This document shows, in pieces, positions 24,126 through 36,968 of a stretch of 64,000 nucleotides of DNA. The DNA lies in contig CM059432.1 of NCBI GenBank assembly GCA_030390025.1, forward strand, positions 19,966,001-20,030,000. Reading direction: 5' to 3'. Origin of the DNA: Squalus acanthias. Lineage: Eukaryota. A program made the position numbers and the translations under genes. The stretch's first letter is position 1; every line of letters begins with the position of its first letter. The notes under the pieces are model-generated. The model made no database searches. It saw only the letters and a list, made by a program, of their open reading frames with translations, and was not told the origin of the DNA.

Positions 24126-27100
24126 TAGATGGACTGAAAAGACAATCCTACAACTGGCCTGAAGTCATTGGACAGTGTACTTATGAGGACTTAGGAAGTG
24201 CTAATACAGGAGGAACAATGAGGTCCAGGACAAGAGGGCAAGCACTCCCTCTATGGCTCAATTGGTGTAAGTGCGATGCCCAATCTGAAACTGACCCATG
24301 CAGGACCAAGAAGGTATTAGCTTCCCTGGCCTATAAGTGCTGGAAAATGGGATTAAAATAGACAGGGCTTGATGGCCGGCGTGGACATGATGGGCCGAAG
24401 GGCCTCTTTCTGTGCTGTATAACTCTATGACTCTGTAACGAGTTCACTGATTTTAGCTGGGGTGGTGATACCTGGGTAGGAATTATTCTCAGCCCATGGG
24501 GGAAGAGGAAATTTAGTCAGGTTTCCCACTCCTAATGGCTACCCAATGTTGGAAAATGTGCGGCTGTGATGCCTACATTTTATTTTACATGAACAAAATA
24601 CCCACGCTCACTCTCTGTCGAGGCTCAGACATGAAGAATGGCTACTTGGAGGGGGAAGAAACAGTGCAAAAGCTAAATCATAGAATCATAGAATTTTACA
24701 GCACAGAAGGAGGCCATGCAGCCCATCGCACCTGTGCCGGCTCTTTGAAAGAGCTCTCCAATTTAGTCCCACTCACCTGCTCTTTTCCCATAGCCCTGCA
24801 ATTTTCCCCTTCAAATATTTATCCAATTCCCTTTTGAAAGTTACCATTGAATCTGCTTCCACCGCCCTCTCAGGCAGTGCATTCCAGATCATAATAACAT
24901 AACTTGTTGCCACTTGATAGATGATGACCAAGAAAGAAAAGGGCTTGGAATTTCCTTGGAGCTGCTCCTACTCTGCCGCTGTAGCTTTGCTGGTAGTCTG
25001 GCCTAAATAGGGTCTCCGCCACACATCTGTTGACGTTATGGCAGCAGAGCGGGAGCGGCTCAGTTTCTGGCTACGTTTACTGAAGTTGTTATGATGTATT
25101 TTTTCTGTATGTTTGTTATGTTGTAAAGAGTTTAATGTCTCACCCATCTTTCGAATGAGATGTTAAACCAAGGCCCCATTTGTCCTCTCAGGTGGAGATA
25201 AAGGATCCCATGGCACTTTCTGAAGAACAACAGCGGAGATCCTCCAGTGCACTGTGCAACATTTATCGTTCAACCAACATCCTCAAAACGGAATCATCTG
25301 GCCATTTATCTCATTGCTGACTGTGGGATTTTGCTGTGCACCAACTGGCTGCCTACATTTCCCTATATTACGACAGTGACTACACTTCAAAACTACTTCA
25401 TTGGCTGTGAAATGCGTTGGGACATCCTGAGGTCATGAAAGATACTATATAAATGCAAATTCTTTCTTTAGAAACATAGAAACATAGAAGATAGGAGCAG
25501 GAGTAGGCCATTCGACCCCTCGAGCCTGCTCCGCCATTCGATGAGATCATGGCTGATCATCCAAATTCAGTACCCTGTCCCTGCCTTTTCCCCATATCCC
25601 TTGATCCCTTTAGCCTTAAGGATTTTTTTACTTATGAATCTTGTTTTTAGTACTATGTTGGGCTACTGACAAAAGAAGACAGCAGCAAGAAGGACTTTCA
25701 AAAACTATTTATAGCATTTCCATTGCTTTTTCTCCCACTCTTTTGCTATTGATATCTGCTTGAAAGTGCTCATTTTTAATTCCTAGTTTTGTAAATTCCT
25801 ATCTGGTAGTTTCCTTTTTTTTTGTTCGTTCATGGGATGTGGGCGTCGCTGGCAAGGCCAGCATTTATTGCCCATCTCTAGTTGCCCTTGAGAAGGTGGT
25901 GGTGAGCCGCTGTCTTGAACCCATTGTTAGCTGTTCATTGGTAGGAACGTACACAAGCGAAGCTGTGATTTGTCAGTGTTTCATGAATACAACATTCTAA
26001 CCCAATCAAGTGCAAGTGTGACACAGAAATTTGCATGCAAGAAAACGAGACACAGGGAGTGTGACATCTGAGGTGTGATGCCTGAAAAACCTGGACAAAT
26101 ACTTAAATAAGAACATAAAAACATATGGGGAAAACAGTAGGAAAATGGGATCTGTTTGGGTGAAAAGCAATAAAATGGGTGTGTAAAATGAGGGGGGCTA
26201 AATTCAACACAGGCAAGCATGGCCAAATTGTTTCCTTTTGTACTAAATTTTCAATGCTTTTATGTACGGTGAGTACAGAAGCGTGCCACTGAACGATTTA
26301 CATACACACAAGTACAGCTGAATTTGCTTGTACTGATCGGGCAGATGTAGCACTTGATTTTTAAATGCCAAAACCCCACCGTACTGAATGCTGTAATTTT
26401 CCACCTGCTTGTAGAAATTCGTTTTCCAGGGCTGCCCAAAGCGTCTGCACTGGTAATTGACAGGTGATTTCTCAAGTAATCAACAGGGTTGCATCTAATG
26501 TAGCTGCAAATAAGAAAGTGCTCGAAAGAGGCCCTCTCTCATCTGCTCTGCTATGAATCACCACGGCAAGTGAATCACCGTCAGTTTTACCACTTTGCTG
26601 GAAAGTTTCAAAGTTTCTAGAGATGGAACACTGCCTAATATGACTCAGCCATAGCTTGTTCTTGAAGCTCTCTCAATCAATAATCACCGTGGCAGCTTGG
26701 GGCACAACAAACCAAAATGAGTGATTTTTTAAAAGTTTTATTCCATTTTTTTTTTAAATGTTGTTACAATTTGCAACCTTATTTTGAACATCCTTGAGTA
26801 AAGTCGAATCCATATGGATGAATGGGGCGATTTTATGAATGGGGAATGAAAATATTGCAGGTCACCATCAACAGACAGGAAATGAATGACCACTTAACTT
26901 ATTTCAGTGGCTCGGAAACATTGGCCAGGATACTGAGAGAACTCCTTGCTTTACTCTGAGTAGTACCATGGGATCTTTAATGTTTATTGAAGCACCAGAA
27001 TAAATAATGTTTCATCTGAAGGATAGCACCTCCATCAATGCAGCACTCCCTGAGAATGCTATCAAATCAGCTAAGCTGACACGACTTAGTCAGTCTCTTC

Positions 27101-27194
27101 AAACAGTGAAATATCACACATTAGACCGGGATTGCACAGTATTTTAGATTTAAACTGTATATATAGCAGTCCACATGGGATATAATGGCCATCT

Positions 27195-27412
27195 TGTGGT
27201 CTCTGTGAATGCTTTTACTAATTAGTGCTGAACTAGAACAGTTATGTGCCACAGGTGCATGTCCACAAGGAACTGGATTGTGACTGACCAAACTCATATC
27301 ACATAGGAGTCTTACAGCCAGCAGACAGAGAAGGCTTGCATCCCATAAGTCTGGATTGGACACAAACCCAGGTAACCAGGGGTAAAAGGCAAGAGCTATA
27401 TAATGCACTGCA
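27195..27412 (-). mobile_element. LF-SINE-like element, 5' half, diverged
   Basis: Minus strand gccttttacccctggttacctggg...cctatgtgatatgagtttggtcagtcacaatccagttccttgtggaca...gcactaatt resembles the LF-SINE consensus as recalled. Confidence 0.55.
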
Positions 27413-28043
27413 CAACCCTAAAATGTATTTTTTTTTTACTGCTTAAGATTCTGATAGCACACAGCAAAGCAAAACTCCCAATTCCTCGAGAACCTTCATA
27501 GAAAAATCATTCTCCTTTCAGGTTTTTAGAAATACTTATGTTTAGCGGTAAAACTTCCCATTCATGAAGAATTAACAAGCAAACAAAAGGTCTTGCATTT
27601 ATATAGCGTCTTTCATCACCTCAGGATGTGCCTCAGAACCTTGGCATCCTAAGCTTGACCCTGAGCTGAGCTTCCCCCATATCCTCTCCATCACCAAGAC
27701 CAACTACTTCCATCTCTGTCCCTGCCTCAGCTCATCTTAAGGTGATTGGCAGAAGAACCAAAGGCGACATGAGGAAAAACTTTTTTACTCAGTGAGTGGT
27801 TAGGATCTGGAATGCACTGCCTAAAAGGGTGGTGGAGGCAGATTCAATCACGGCTTTCAAAAGGGAGTTGGATAAGTACCTGAAGGAAAAAAAATTGCAG
27901 GGCTATGGGGAAAGGGCGGGGGAGTGGGACTAGCTGAAGTGCTCTTGCAGAGAGCCGGCACGGGCTCAATTGGCCGAACGGCCTTCTTCCATGCTGTAAC
28001 CATTCTATGATCTGCTGCTGAAACATTCATCCATGGCTTTGTT

Positions 28044-29533
28044 ACATAGGAATATAGGAACAGGAGTAGGCCATTCAGCCCTTCGAGCCAGTTCGATCAT
28101 TCAATTAGATCATGGCTGATCTGTGTCTTAACTCCATCCAACAATCCTTGGCTCCATATCCTTTTATACCCTTAGCTAGCAAAAATCTATCGATCTCAGG
28201 TTTAAAATCATGAATTGAACAAGAATCTACTGCTTTCTGTGGGAGAAAGTTCCACACTTCCACCTCCCATTGCGTGAAGAAGTTTCCTAACTTCTTTCCT
28301 GAATGGCCAAGCTCTGATTTTAACATTGTGTCTTCTTGTCCGAGACTCCCCCACCATAGGAACATAGCAACAGGAGTATGCGATTTAGCCCCTCAAGCCT
28401 GTTCCACCATTCAATGAGATCATAGCTGATCTGTGGCCTAACTCCATATACCCGCCTTTGCCCCATATCCCTTAATACCTTTGCTTAGCAAAAATCTATC
28501 AATCTCAGGTTTAAATTAACAATTGACCTCGCATCAATTGCGATTTGCAGAAGAGACTTCCAAACTTCTACCACCCTTTGTGTGTAGAAGTGTTTCCTAA
28601 TTTCAGTCCTGAATGGCCTGGCTCTAATTTTTAGACTATGCCCCCTAGTCCTAGACTCCCCACCCAGCGGAAAAAGTTTCTCGCTACCCTATCAATTCCT
28701 TTCAAAATCCTAAAAACCTCAATCAAATCAACTCTTAACCTCTATATTCCAGGGAATACACGCCTAGTTTATGTAATCTCTCCTCATAATCTAACCCTTG
28801 GAGCCCTGGTAACATTCTGGTGAAATGAACTGCACTCATTCCAAGGTCAATATATCCTTTCTAAGATGCGGTACCCAGAACTGTACACAGTATCCAGATG
28901 GTCTAACCAGGGCTTTGTATAGCTGTAGCAAAACTTCCTCCCTTATATTCTAGCCCTCTAGTTATAAAGGCTAACATTTCATTAGCCTTTTTGACTATTT
29001 TTTGTTCCTGACATCTGTGTACATGAACCCCAAATCTCTTTGGACCTCGACTGTTCCTAGCTTTTCACTATTTAATAATTCTCAGATCTTTTCCTTTTTT
29101 GGTTCAAAATAGATGACCTCACATTTACTTGCATTGAAATCCACCTGCTGCAGTTTCGCCCACTCACTTAATTTTATGCTCCCGTCTACATTACTTACCA
29201 ATATTTGTATCATCAACAAACTGAAGTCATTAATAAATATAGTGAATAATTGAGGCCCCGGCACAGATCCTTGTGACTAGTGACACTAATCACTTCCCTC
29301 CAGTTACAGTACATACCCATTACTCTCTGTCTTCGACCGCCTGACCAGGTCAATAATTTGCCTTCAATTCCATCAACTTTAATTTTAGCTAACAGTCTCT
29401 TACGTGCAACCTTATCAAATGTCTTCTAAAAGTCCATATAAACTACATCCATAGACATTCCCTGTCTACTAATTTAGTGCCTTACTCAAAAAATTAAATT
29501 AGGTTCGTTAGACATGACCTACCCCTTTACAAA
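28044..29533 (-). mobile_element. CR1 fragments: two tandem 3' ends plus deleted RT region
   Basis: Tails at ~28044 and ~28356; RT remnant GPQLFTIFIND...LSEWAKLQQVDFNASKCEVIYF. Confidence 0.8.
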
Positions 29534-31036
29534 TTGGATAGCTCTACCAAACAGCCGGCACAGGCACGATGGGCTGAATGGACTCCTTCTGTACTGTGTC
29601 ATTCTATGATTCTATGATATACATTTCTCTACTCTCCTTGATTATTTATATAACATGCTTCCTTTCTAAACATGGACCTTAAACAGAAGTGCAATTACTG
29701 TAAACTCACTCTTGCCTAGATCTCTGGGTAGGCTGGCACAGACTTTAAAACCAAATAACCTGAAACTTAACACACTGGCTGGCTGCCCACTGAAGACTGG
29801 TTGTGAGGTGCCAACATAAATCTGTAAGAGGAAATCTCTGACCACAGGCTGTCCATTATAAAGAGCTCCAGCCAATCGATGACTCTGCCCTCATCTGAAA
29901 AGGTCTCAGAAACAGATCTCAATCAAAGGAGTATACCACGCTGGGGCCCACCCTTTGATCTGGGACAGGTCGCTTGTGAACACCCCTGCAGATGTCCTGA
30001 CACAAAGGCAGCCAACAACTGCATCGCTCATTAACACATCAGAACAAATAGTTAATCATCAGTATTGACTCAATGCAATCATTGACAATGGCGAAGATGC
30101 TTCCGGCTAATTGACACCTGGAACTTATGATTGTCTTCAGACTTATTAATTCACACAGATGAAGATGCCATAGTCAGCTCAACTGGACCTGAACTGACTG
30201 TTCTCGTTTGAGAAATGCTCTGTGCAAACCCATTTTAACCCCTTGCATGCTTATTCTATTATATGTAATATACAAGTTCAAAATGTTTTTGTCATAACAA
30301 GGTTAACCTTCACAAACTCTCCTAATAATGCAATTGGTTGATTAGCTGACATTCGATGAGGTTACAAAATATAATTATCAATGGACCCAGACAATTCAAA
30401 TAATACTCACGAGGAGATGCCATTTATCCATGCAGGCAATCTTCCATCAAAAGCATATTTAATCTGACAAAGAATGGCTATTTACATTCAAGCAGACAAT
30501 GTCAATTAGCAAACCATAATCTAATATAAACACAGAGCAATCCATAATCTAAAATAGACACTGAGCAAAAAGAATCTTAAATATCGGTCAACCCCTCATT
30601 GATGCTTGAAACAACTTTAGATTTAAGGGAAAAAGAAGAGAATCCATCTCAATTCTGGTTTACAACAATGCATAAGAAAAAAAAGTGGCTAACAGAACAA
30701 ATTTTGAAATTTATAATTCTCCCTGTGATTTTCTCTCCTTTCCCTTGGAGAGTGCCTGGTACCATGCATGGTTAAAACTGGTAACCAATAAGGAACTGAA
30801 TATTGGTATTGATCAAAATTTCCGGGTGTTTACATACATAAGATGTAAAAGGACTTATAAATTTCTACTTGCAACATCACTTCCTAACAAAAGGTTTTAC
30901 CAACCTTCTTGCCTTATTTGAGGTCGAGCCTTCCTAAACAGAAGTTGGAAAGCCTTCTGATGTACCGTACCTACACATTTAGAAAGCCTACTGCTTCACA
31001 AGCTTAACATAGTGGGTATTCCAGGTCAAAATTGGA

Positions 31037-31110
31037 GAAGGAGCAGCGCTCCGAAAGCTTGTGATTTCAAATAAAACTGTTGGACTATAACCTGGTGTTG
31101 TGCGACTTCT
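31037..31110 (+). mobile_element. Penelope-like terminal repeat fragment (hammerhead core truncated)
   Basis: Near-identical to 40327-40401 but lacks CTGAC. Confidence 0.75.
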
Positions 31111-31119
31111 CAAAATTGG

Positions 31120-31900
31120 AGTTGGTTAAGGAATTGGCTAAACGGCAGGAAGCACTAGTAGGGGAGTGACAGGGTGCTGGGAAAAGTTACCGAATGAGTT
31201 TCCTTTAAGGGTGCGTGTTGGAGCCTGTACTGTTTCTATATCTAAATAAACAAGGTAGATTCAGAAACCCAATGCAAGCTGGAGGGGCCAGTCAAGTCTA
31301 ACAAAGCAGCCAAGAAATTACAGAAGAACCTAGACAAAATTGCAAGTGGGCAGAACTAGGGAAGATTAAATTTACTACAGGTAAATCTCAGTTGTTACAC
31401 AATGGAAGAAACACTGGGACATATTCAATGGCTGGTGTCAAACTAGCTAGGCGAGAGGGTGACACTAATGTGGGTGAGATAGTACACTTTATACATACCA
31501 CGGCCAGTCATTGTGGAACAGTAATAACTGAAGCAAACAGAATGCTGATCTATATTATGAAATCAGTAGACCATAAATCTGAGGCTTTCAAGCTGAAGCT
31601 CTGTAGTGCATTGTTCAGGCTACATCTTGTGCAGTGTTCAGTTCTGGTCACTGAGGAGCAGGGTAAGCTTCTATCCTGGAAGCAGTGCAATGAAGAGTCA
31701 TAAGGCTGATGCATAATGTGTTACGGTCTGAGTTATCAGAATAGGCTATTAAAAGCTCCAGCTCCTCAGCCTTGAAAGGCCACAAATGGGAGGGGACTTT
31801 ATAAATTACCAAGTGAAACTGAAAAAGTTAATCCAGACGTTGTTTCAAATTAAATTAAGATTACAGGACAAGGGGATGGAGGCACAAAGTGGTAAAAGAG
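31120..31900 (+). mobile_element. Highly decayed CR1-type RT fragment
   Basis: Remnants such as EANRMLIYIMKSV...LKLCSALFRLHL and ttacagaagaacctagac. Confidence 0.55.
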
Positions 31901-32669
31901 AGGCAGTTAGATGCTCTGATGGGGTGAAGGTGGTTTGACTTCTTATCAGTATTTTTCTGTGATCTATACCACTTAATATTTTATTTCCATTGATTAGGTC
32001 CTCCCATTTAACCACCTTCTTTCTAAACTATACTGCGTGATCTTCTCTACTCTTGTCAAAGTCAAAATTGCCCCATAAACTCCACTGTTCTGTCTATATA
32101 TTTCAGCTTTTTAAATTGTTTTGCTACATAGCCTGGATATTGTTAGTGATATGTCTTATTATTCCCCAGTCCCTTTCTAAATCTCAATGTTGCAGTTTAA
32201 TTCCATTGATTGTACACATAGGATGCACATTTTGTGACAAGGTCCAATGCTTTGTATTTTCATTGTTAAATTTCATTTGCTATCTGTCTGCTCAGTTGCA
32301 TAACTGATGTAAATCGTCCTGCTGCAGTTAGACGCCAGCCTTATTCCCTACCACAGTAACTCTATCACCCCCTCTGTCAACAGAATATGGCAGCAAACTA
32401 CGCCAGCAGGAGGACAGGGTGTGCCAGCTGCACAGGCAAGCTTTCTTTCTAGGTTTCAAAAAATACAAGAATTAGCTCGCTCGCCCCCTCAGATATACAG
32501 GCAATGCCCTTCGACAGCAAACTGAGGAAACATTCTGCAATACATGAAGTCCACAGTGTGGACATGAGCATTTGGAGAGTCTCTGGGTTGAGCTACATAG
32601 ACTGAAATGGCCCTATTTCCATATAATTCACACAAATATGCGGGAGAATAATTATATCAAGCGCGGGTA

Positions 32670-33213
32670 CGGTATCAGTGTGGTGATTTTATTGGACTGG
32701 TAATCCAGAGGTCTAGACTATAATAGTCCAGAGAATGCGAGATCAAATCCCACCAATTCAGTAAAAAAAAATCTGGAAATAAAAAGCTGGCCTCAGTAAA
32801 AGTGACAATGTAGTTGTCGGATTGTCATAGAAATCCAACTGGTTCACTAATGTCCTTTAGGGAAGGAAACCTGCCCACCTTCTCTACCCCAGAGAGCTGT
32901 GGAGGCGGAGTCATTGAATATATTCAAGGCGGAGATTAACAGACATTTGAACTACAAGGGAGTCAAGGGGTATGGGGAGAGAGCGGGGAAGTGGTGTTGA
33001 GGCCAAGATTGGATCAGCCATGATCTTATTGAATGCCCTGTTCCTGTTTCTTATGTTCTTTTGTTCTGTTCTTACCCGGTCTGGCCTGTGTGACTCCAGT
33101 CCCACACTGACGTGGTGACTCTTAACTGCCCTCTGAAGTGGCCCAGCAAGCCACTCAGTTGTATCAAGTTGCTAGGGATGGGCAGTAATGTGCTGGCCCT
33201 ACACATCCTAAGA
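32670..33213 (+). mobile_element. Second copy of the LINE-related tRNA SINE, interrupted by a CR1 3' fragment (32881-33070)
   Basis: Body ggttcactaatgtcctttagggaaggaaacctgcc|...|cttacccggtctggcc...gcaagccactcagttgta joined to tail ctagggatgggcagtaa. Confidence 0.8.
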
Positions 33214-33624
33214 GTTTTATTGACGGCAGCAGTTGGTGAGGTCGACACTATCCTGCCAATAGGAAAATCTCCGCTTCTATCTGTAAGCTTACTGAAAATG
33301 AGCAAATGCTTCCATTGAGAGGGGAAAAAAAAGAGCAAAAATAATGACAGCTGAAAGCAGGTCTGTGTCAAGTGACTTCCTTTATTTGTGGTGCTGGAAA
33401 TGTCAAACAGAATATTGTCATGTCAAGAAGAGAGTTGCTGTTTATTCAAGGAATTAATTTATAAAATACTTGAAAAAGATATGGAAACAAAATGTACTGA
33501 TCCAAGTCAGATGCTTTGAAGAAATACTGGTGTCAGAACACAGGTACATTTACTTGTGGTGCCAATTTTTATTCGTTCATGGGATGAGGGTGTCGCTGGC
33601 AAGGCTAGCATTTATTGCCCATCC

Positions 33625-36581
33625 CTAGTTGCCCTTGAGAAGGTGGTGGTGAGCCAACTTCTTGAACCGCTGCAGTCCGTGTGGTGAAGGTACTCCCACA
33701 GCGCTGTTAGGGAGAGAGTTCCAGGATTTTGACCCAGCGACTATGAAGGAACGGCGATGATGAAGGAACGGCGATTTACTTCTAAGTCAGGATGGTGTGT
33801 GACTTGGAGGGGAATTTCAAGGTGGTGGTGTTCCCATGCGCCTGCTGCCCTTGTCCTTCTAGGTGGAAGAGGTTGCGGGTTTGGGAGGTGCTGCCGAAGA
33901 AGCCTTGGCGAGTTGCTGCAGTGCATCTTGTAGATGGTACACACTGCAGCCAAGGTACGCCGGTGGTGGAGAGAGTGAATGTTTAAGGTGGTGGATGGGG
34001 TGCCAATCAAGTGGGCTGCTTTGTCTTGGATGGTGTCAAGCTTCTTGAGTGTTGTTGTAGCTGCACTCATCCAGGCAAGTGGAGAGTATTCCATCACACT
34101 CCTGACTTGTGCCTTGTAGATGGTGGAAAGGCTTTGGGGAGTCAGGAGGTGAGACACTCGCCGCAGAATATCCAGCCTCTGACATGGTCTTGTTGCCACA
34201 GTATTTATGTGGCTGGTACAGTTAAGATTCTGGTCAATGATGATCCCCAGGATATTGATGGTGGGGGATTCGGCGATGGCAATGCCGTTGAATGTCAAGG
34301 GGCGCTGGTTGGAGACAGTCATTGCCTGGCACTTGTATGGCGCGAATGTTACCTGCCACTTATCAGCCCAAGCCTGAATGTCATCCAGGTCTTGCTGCAT
34401 GCGGGCATGGACTGCTTCACTATCTGAGGAGTTGCGAATGGCACTGAACACTGTGCAGTCATCAGCGATCATCCCCATTTCTGACCTTATGATGGAGGGA
34501 AGGTCATTGATGAAGCAGCTGAAGATGGTTGGGCCTAGGACACTGCCCTGAGGAATTCCTGCAGCGATGTCCTGGGGCTGTGATGATTGACCTCCAACCA
34601 CCACAACCATCTTCCTTTGTGCTAGGTGTGACTCCAGCCAGTGGAGAGTTTTCCCCTGATTCCCACTGACATCAATTTTACTAGGGCTCCTTGATGCCAC
34701 ACTCAGTTAAATGCTGCCTTGATGTCAAGGGCAGTCACTCTCACCTCACCTCTGGAATTCAGCTCTTTTGTCCATTTTTGGAACAAGACTGTAATGAGGT
34801 CTGGAGCCAAGTGGTCCTGGCAGAAACCAAACTGGGCATCGGTGAGCAGCTTATTGGTGAGTAAGTGCTGTTTGATAGCACTGTCGACAACACCTTCCAT
34901 CACTTTGTTGATGATTGAGAGTAGACTGATGGGGCGGTAATTGGCTGGATTGGATTTGTCCTGCTTTTTGTGGACAGGACATACCTGGGCAGTTTTGAAC
35001 ATTGTCGGATAGATGCCAGTGTTATAGCTGCGCTGGAACAGCTTGGCTAGAGGCGCAGCTAGTTCTGGAGCACAAGTCTTCAGCACGACAGCCGGGATGT
35101 TGTCGGGGCCCATAGCCTTTGCTGTATCCAGTGCGCTCAGCCGTTTCTTGATATCACGTGGAGTGAATCGAATTGGCTGAAGACTGGCTTCTGATATGGT
35201 GGGGACCTCAGGAGGAGGCCGATATGGATCATCCACTCTGCATTTCTGGCTGAATATCGTTGCAAGCGCGTCAGCTTTGTCTTTTGCACTCACGTGCTGG
35301 GCTGCACCATCATTGAGGATGGGAATATTCATGGATCCTCCTCCCAGTTAGTTGTTTAATGGTCCACCATCATTCCCAACTGGATGTGGCAGGACTGCAG
35401 AGCTTTGATCTGATCTGTTGATTGTGGGATCACTTAGCCCTGTCTCGCATGCTGCTTCCGCTTTTTAGCATGCATGTTATCCTGTGTTGCAGTTTCCCCA
35501 GGTTGGCACTGCATTTTTAGGTACGCCTGGTGTTGCTCCTGGCATGCTCTTCTACACTCCTTATTGAACCAGGGTTGGTCCCCTGGCTTGATGGCAATGG
35601 TAGAGTGAGGGATATGCCAGGCCATGAGGTTACAGATTGTGGTGGAATACAATTCTGCTGCTGCTGATGGCCCACAGCGCCTCATGGATGCCCAGTTTTG
35701 AGCTGCTAGATCTGTTCTGAATCTGTCTCATTTAGCACGGTGGTCGTGCCACACAACACGATGGAGGGTGCCCTCAGTGTAAAGACGGGACTTAGTCTCC
35801 ACAATGACTGTGCGGTGGTCACTGCTACCAATGCTGTCATGGACAGATGCATCTGCAACAGGTAGATTCGTGAGGACGAGGTCAAGCAGGTTTTTCTCTC
35901 TTGTTGGTTCTCTCACCACCTGTCGCAGGCCCAGTCTGGCAGCTATGTCCTTCAGGACACGGTCAGCTCGGTCAGTAGTGGTGCTACCGAGCCACTCTTG
36001 GTCATGGACATTGAAGTTCCCCACCCAGAGTACATTCTGTGCCCTTGCTACTCTCAGTGCTTCTTCCAAGTGGTGTTCAACATGGAGGAGTACTGATTCA
36101 TCAGCTGAGGGAGGGTGATAGATGGTAATCAGCAGGAGGTTTCCTTGCCCATGCTTGACCTGAAGCCATGAGACTTCATGGAGTCCGGAGTCAAGGTTGA
36201 GGACTCCCAGGGCCACTCCTTCCCGACTGTATACCACTGTGCCACCACCCGTGTTAACACTCACAACTAGGGGGATCAAGGGGTATGGCGAGAAAGCAGG
36301 AATGGGGTACTGAGGTAGCATGTTCAGCCATGAACGCATTGAATGGCGGTGCAGGCTCGAAGGACCGAATGGTCTACTCCTGTACCTATTTTCTATGTTT
36401 CTATGTCTGTCCTGCTGGTGGGACAGGACATACCCAGGGATGGTGATGGAGGAGTTTGGACATTGGCTGAAAGGTATGATTCTGTGAGTATGACTATGTC
36501 AGGCTGTTGTTTGACTAGTCTGTGGGACAGCTCTCCCAATTTTGGCACAAGTCCTCAGATGTTGGTGAGGACTTTGCAGGG
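33625..36581 (-). pseudogene. Disrupted ORF2 (endonuclease + reverse transcriptase) of the LINE above
   Basis: Pieced from ORFs 35728-36339, 35434-35685, 34703-35332 and 33741-34700. Starts near PCKVLTNI*GLVPKLGEL and ends HHHLLKGN-TAG (33625-33627). Contains stops, frameshifts and a CR1 tail insertion. Confidence 0.88.
36254..36405 (+). mobile_element. CR1 (HER1-like) 3' tail inserted into the endonuclease region
   Basis: ggggatcaaggggtatgg...gaatggtctactcctgtacctattttctatgtttctatg interrupts otherwise colinear LINE sequence. Confidence 0.8.
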
Positions 36582-36893
36582 TCAACTGCGTTGGGTGTGC
36601 CGTGGTCGTGTCCATAGCCGGTGCCGAGGTCGATGTCGGGTGGTTCGTCCGGTTTTATTCTTATTGGTTTGTTACAACTGCGTGGCTTGCTAGGCCATTT
36701 CAGAGGGCAGTTAAAAGTCAACCACATTGCTGTGGGTCTGGAGTCACATATAGGCCAGACTGGGTAAGGACAGCAGATTCCCTACCCTAAAAGACATTGG
36801 GTTTTTACGACAATCCGATAGTTTCATGGTCACCATTACTGATGCTAGCTTTTCATTCCAGATTTATTTAATTAACTGAATTTAAATTCCTCA

Positions 36894-36968
36894 GGATTTG
36901 AACTCACGTCTCCGGATCATTAGTCCAAGCCTCTGGATTACTAGTCCAGTAACATAACCACTATGCTA
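36894..36968 (-). promoter_or_regulatory. tRNA-like type-2 Pol III internal promoter (A box 36958-36968, B box 36894-36905)
   Basis: TAGCATAGTGG ... GAGTTCAAATCC fit the A/B-box consensus. The same head occurs in SINE copies at 9527 and 9735. Confidence 0.7.

Noticed and set aside
29710..29759. Possible ~50-nt minus-strand exon (cag|GTTATTTGG...CAAGA|gtgagt)
   Set aside because: Splice-like ends only; no protein similarity.
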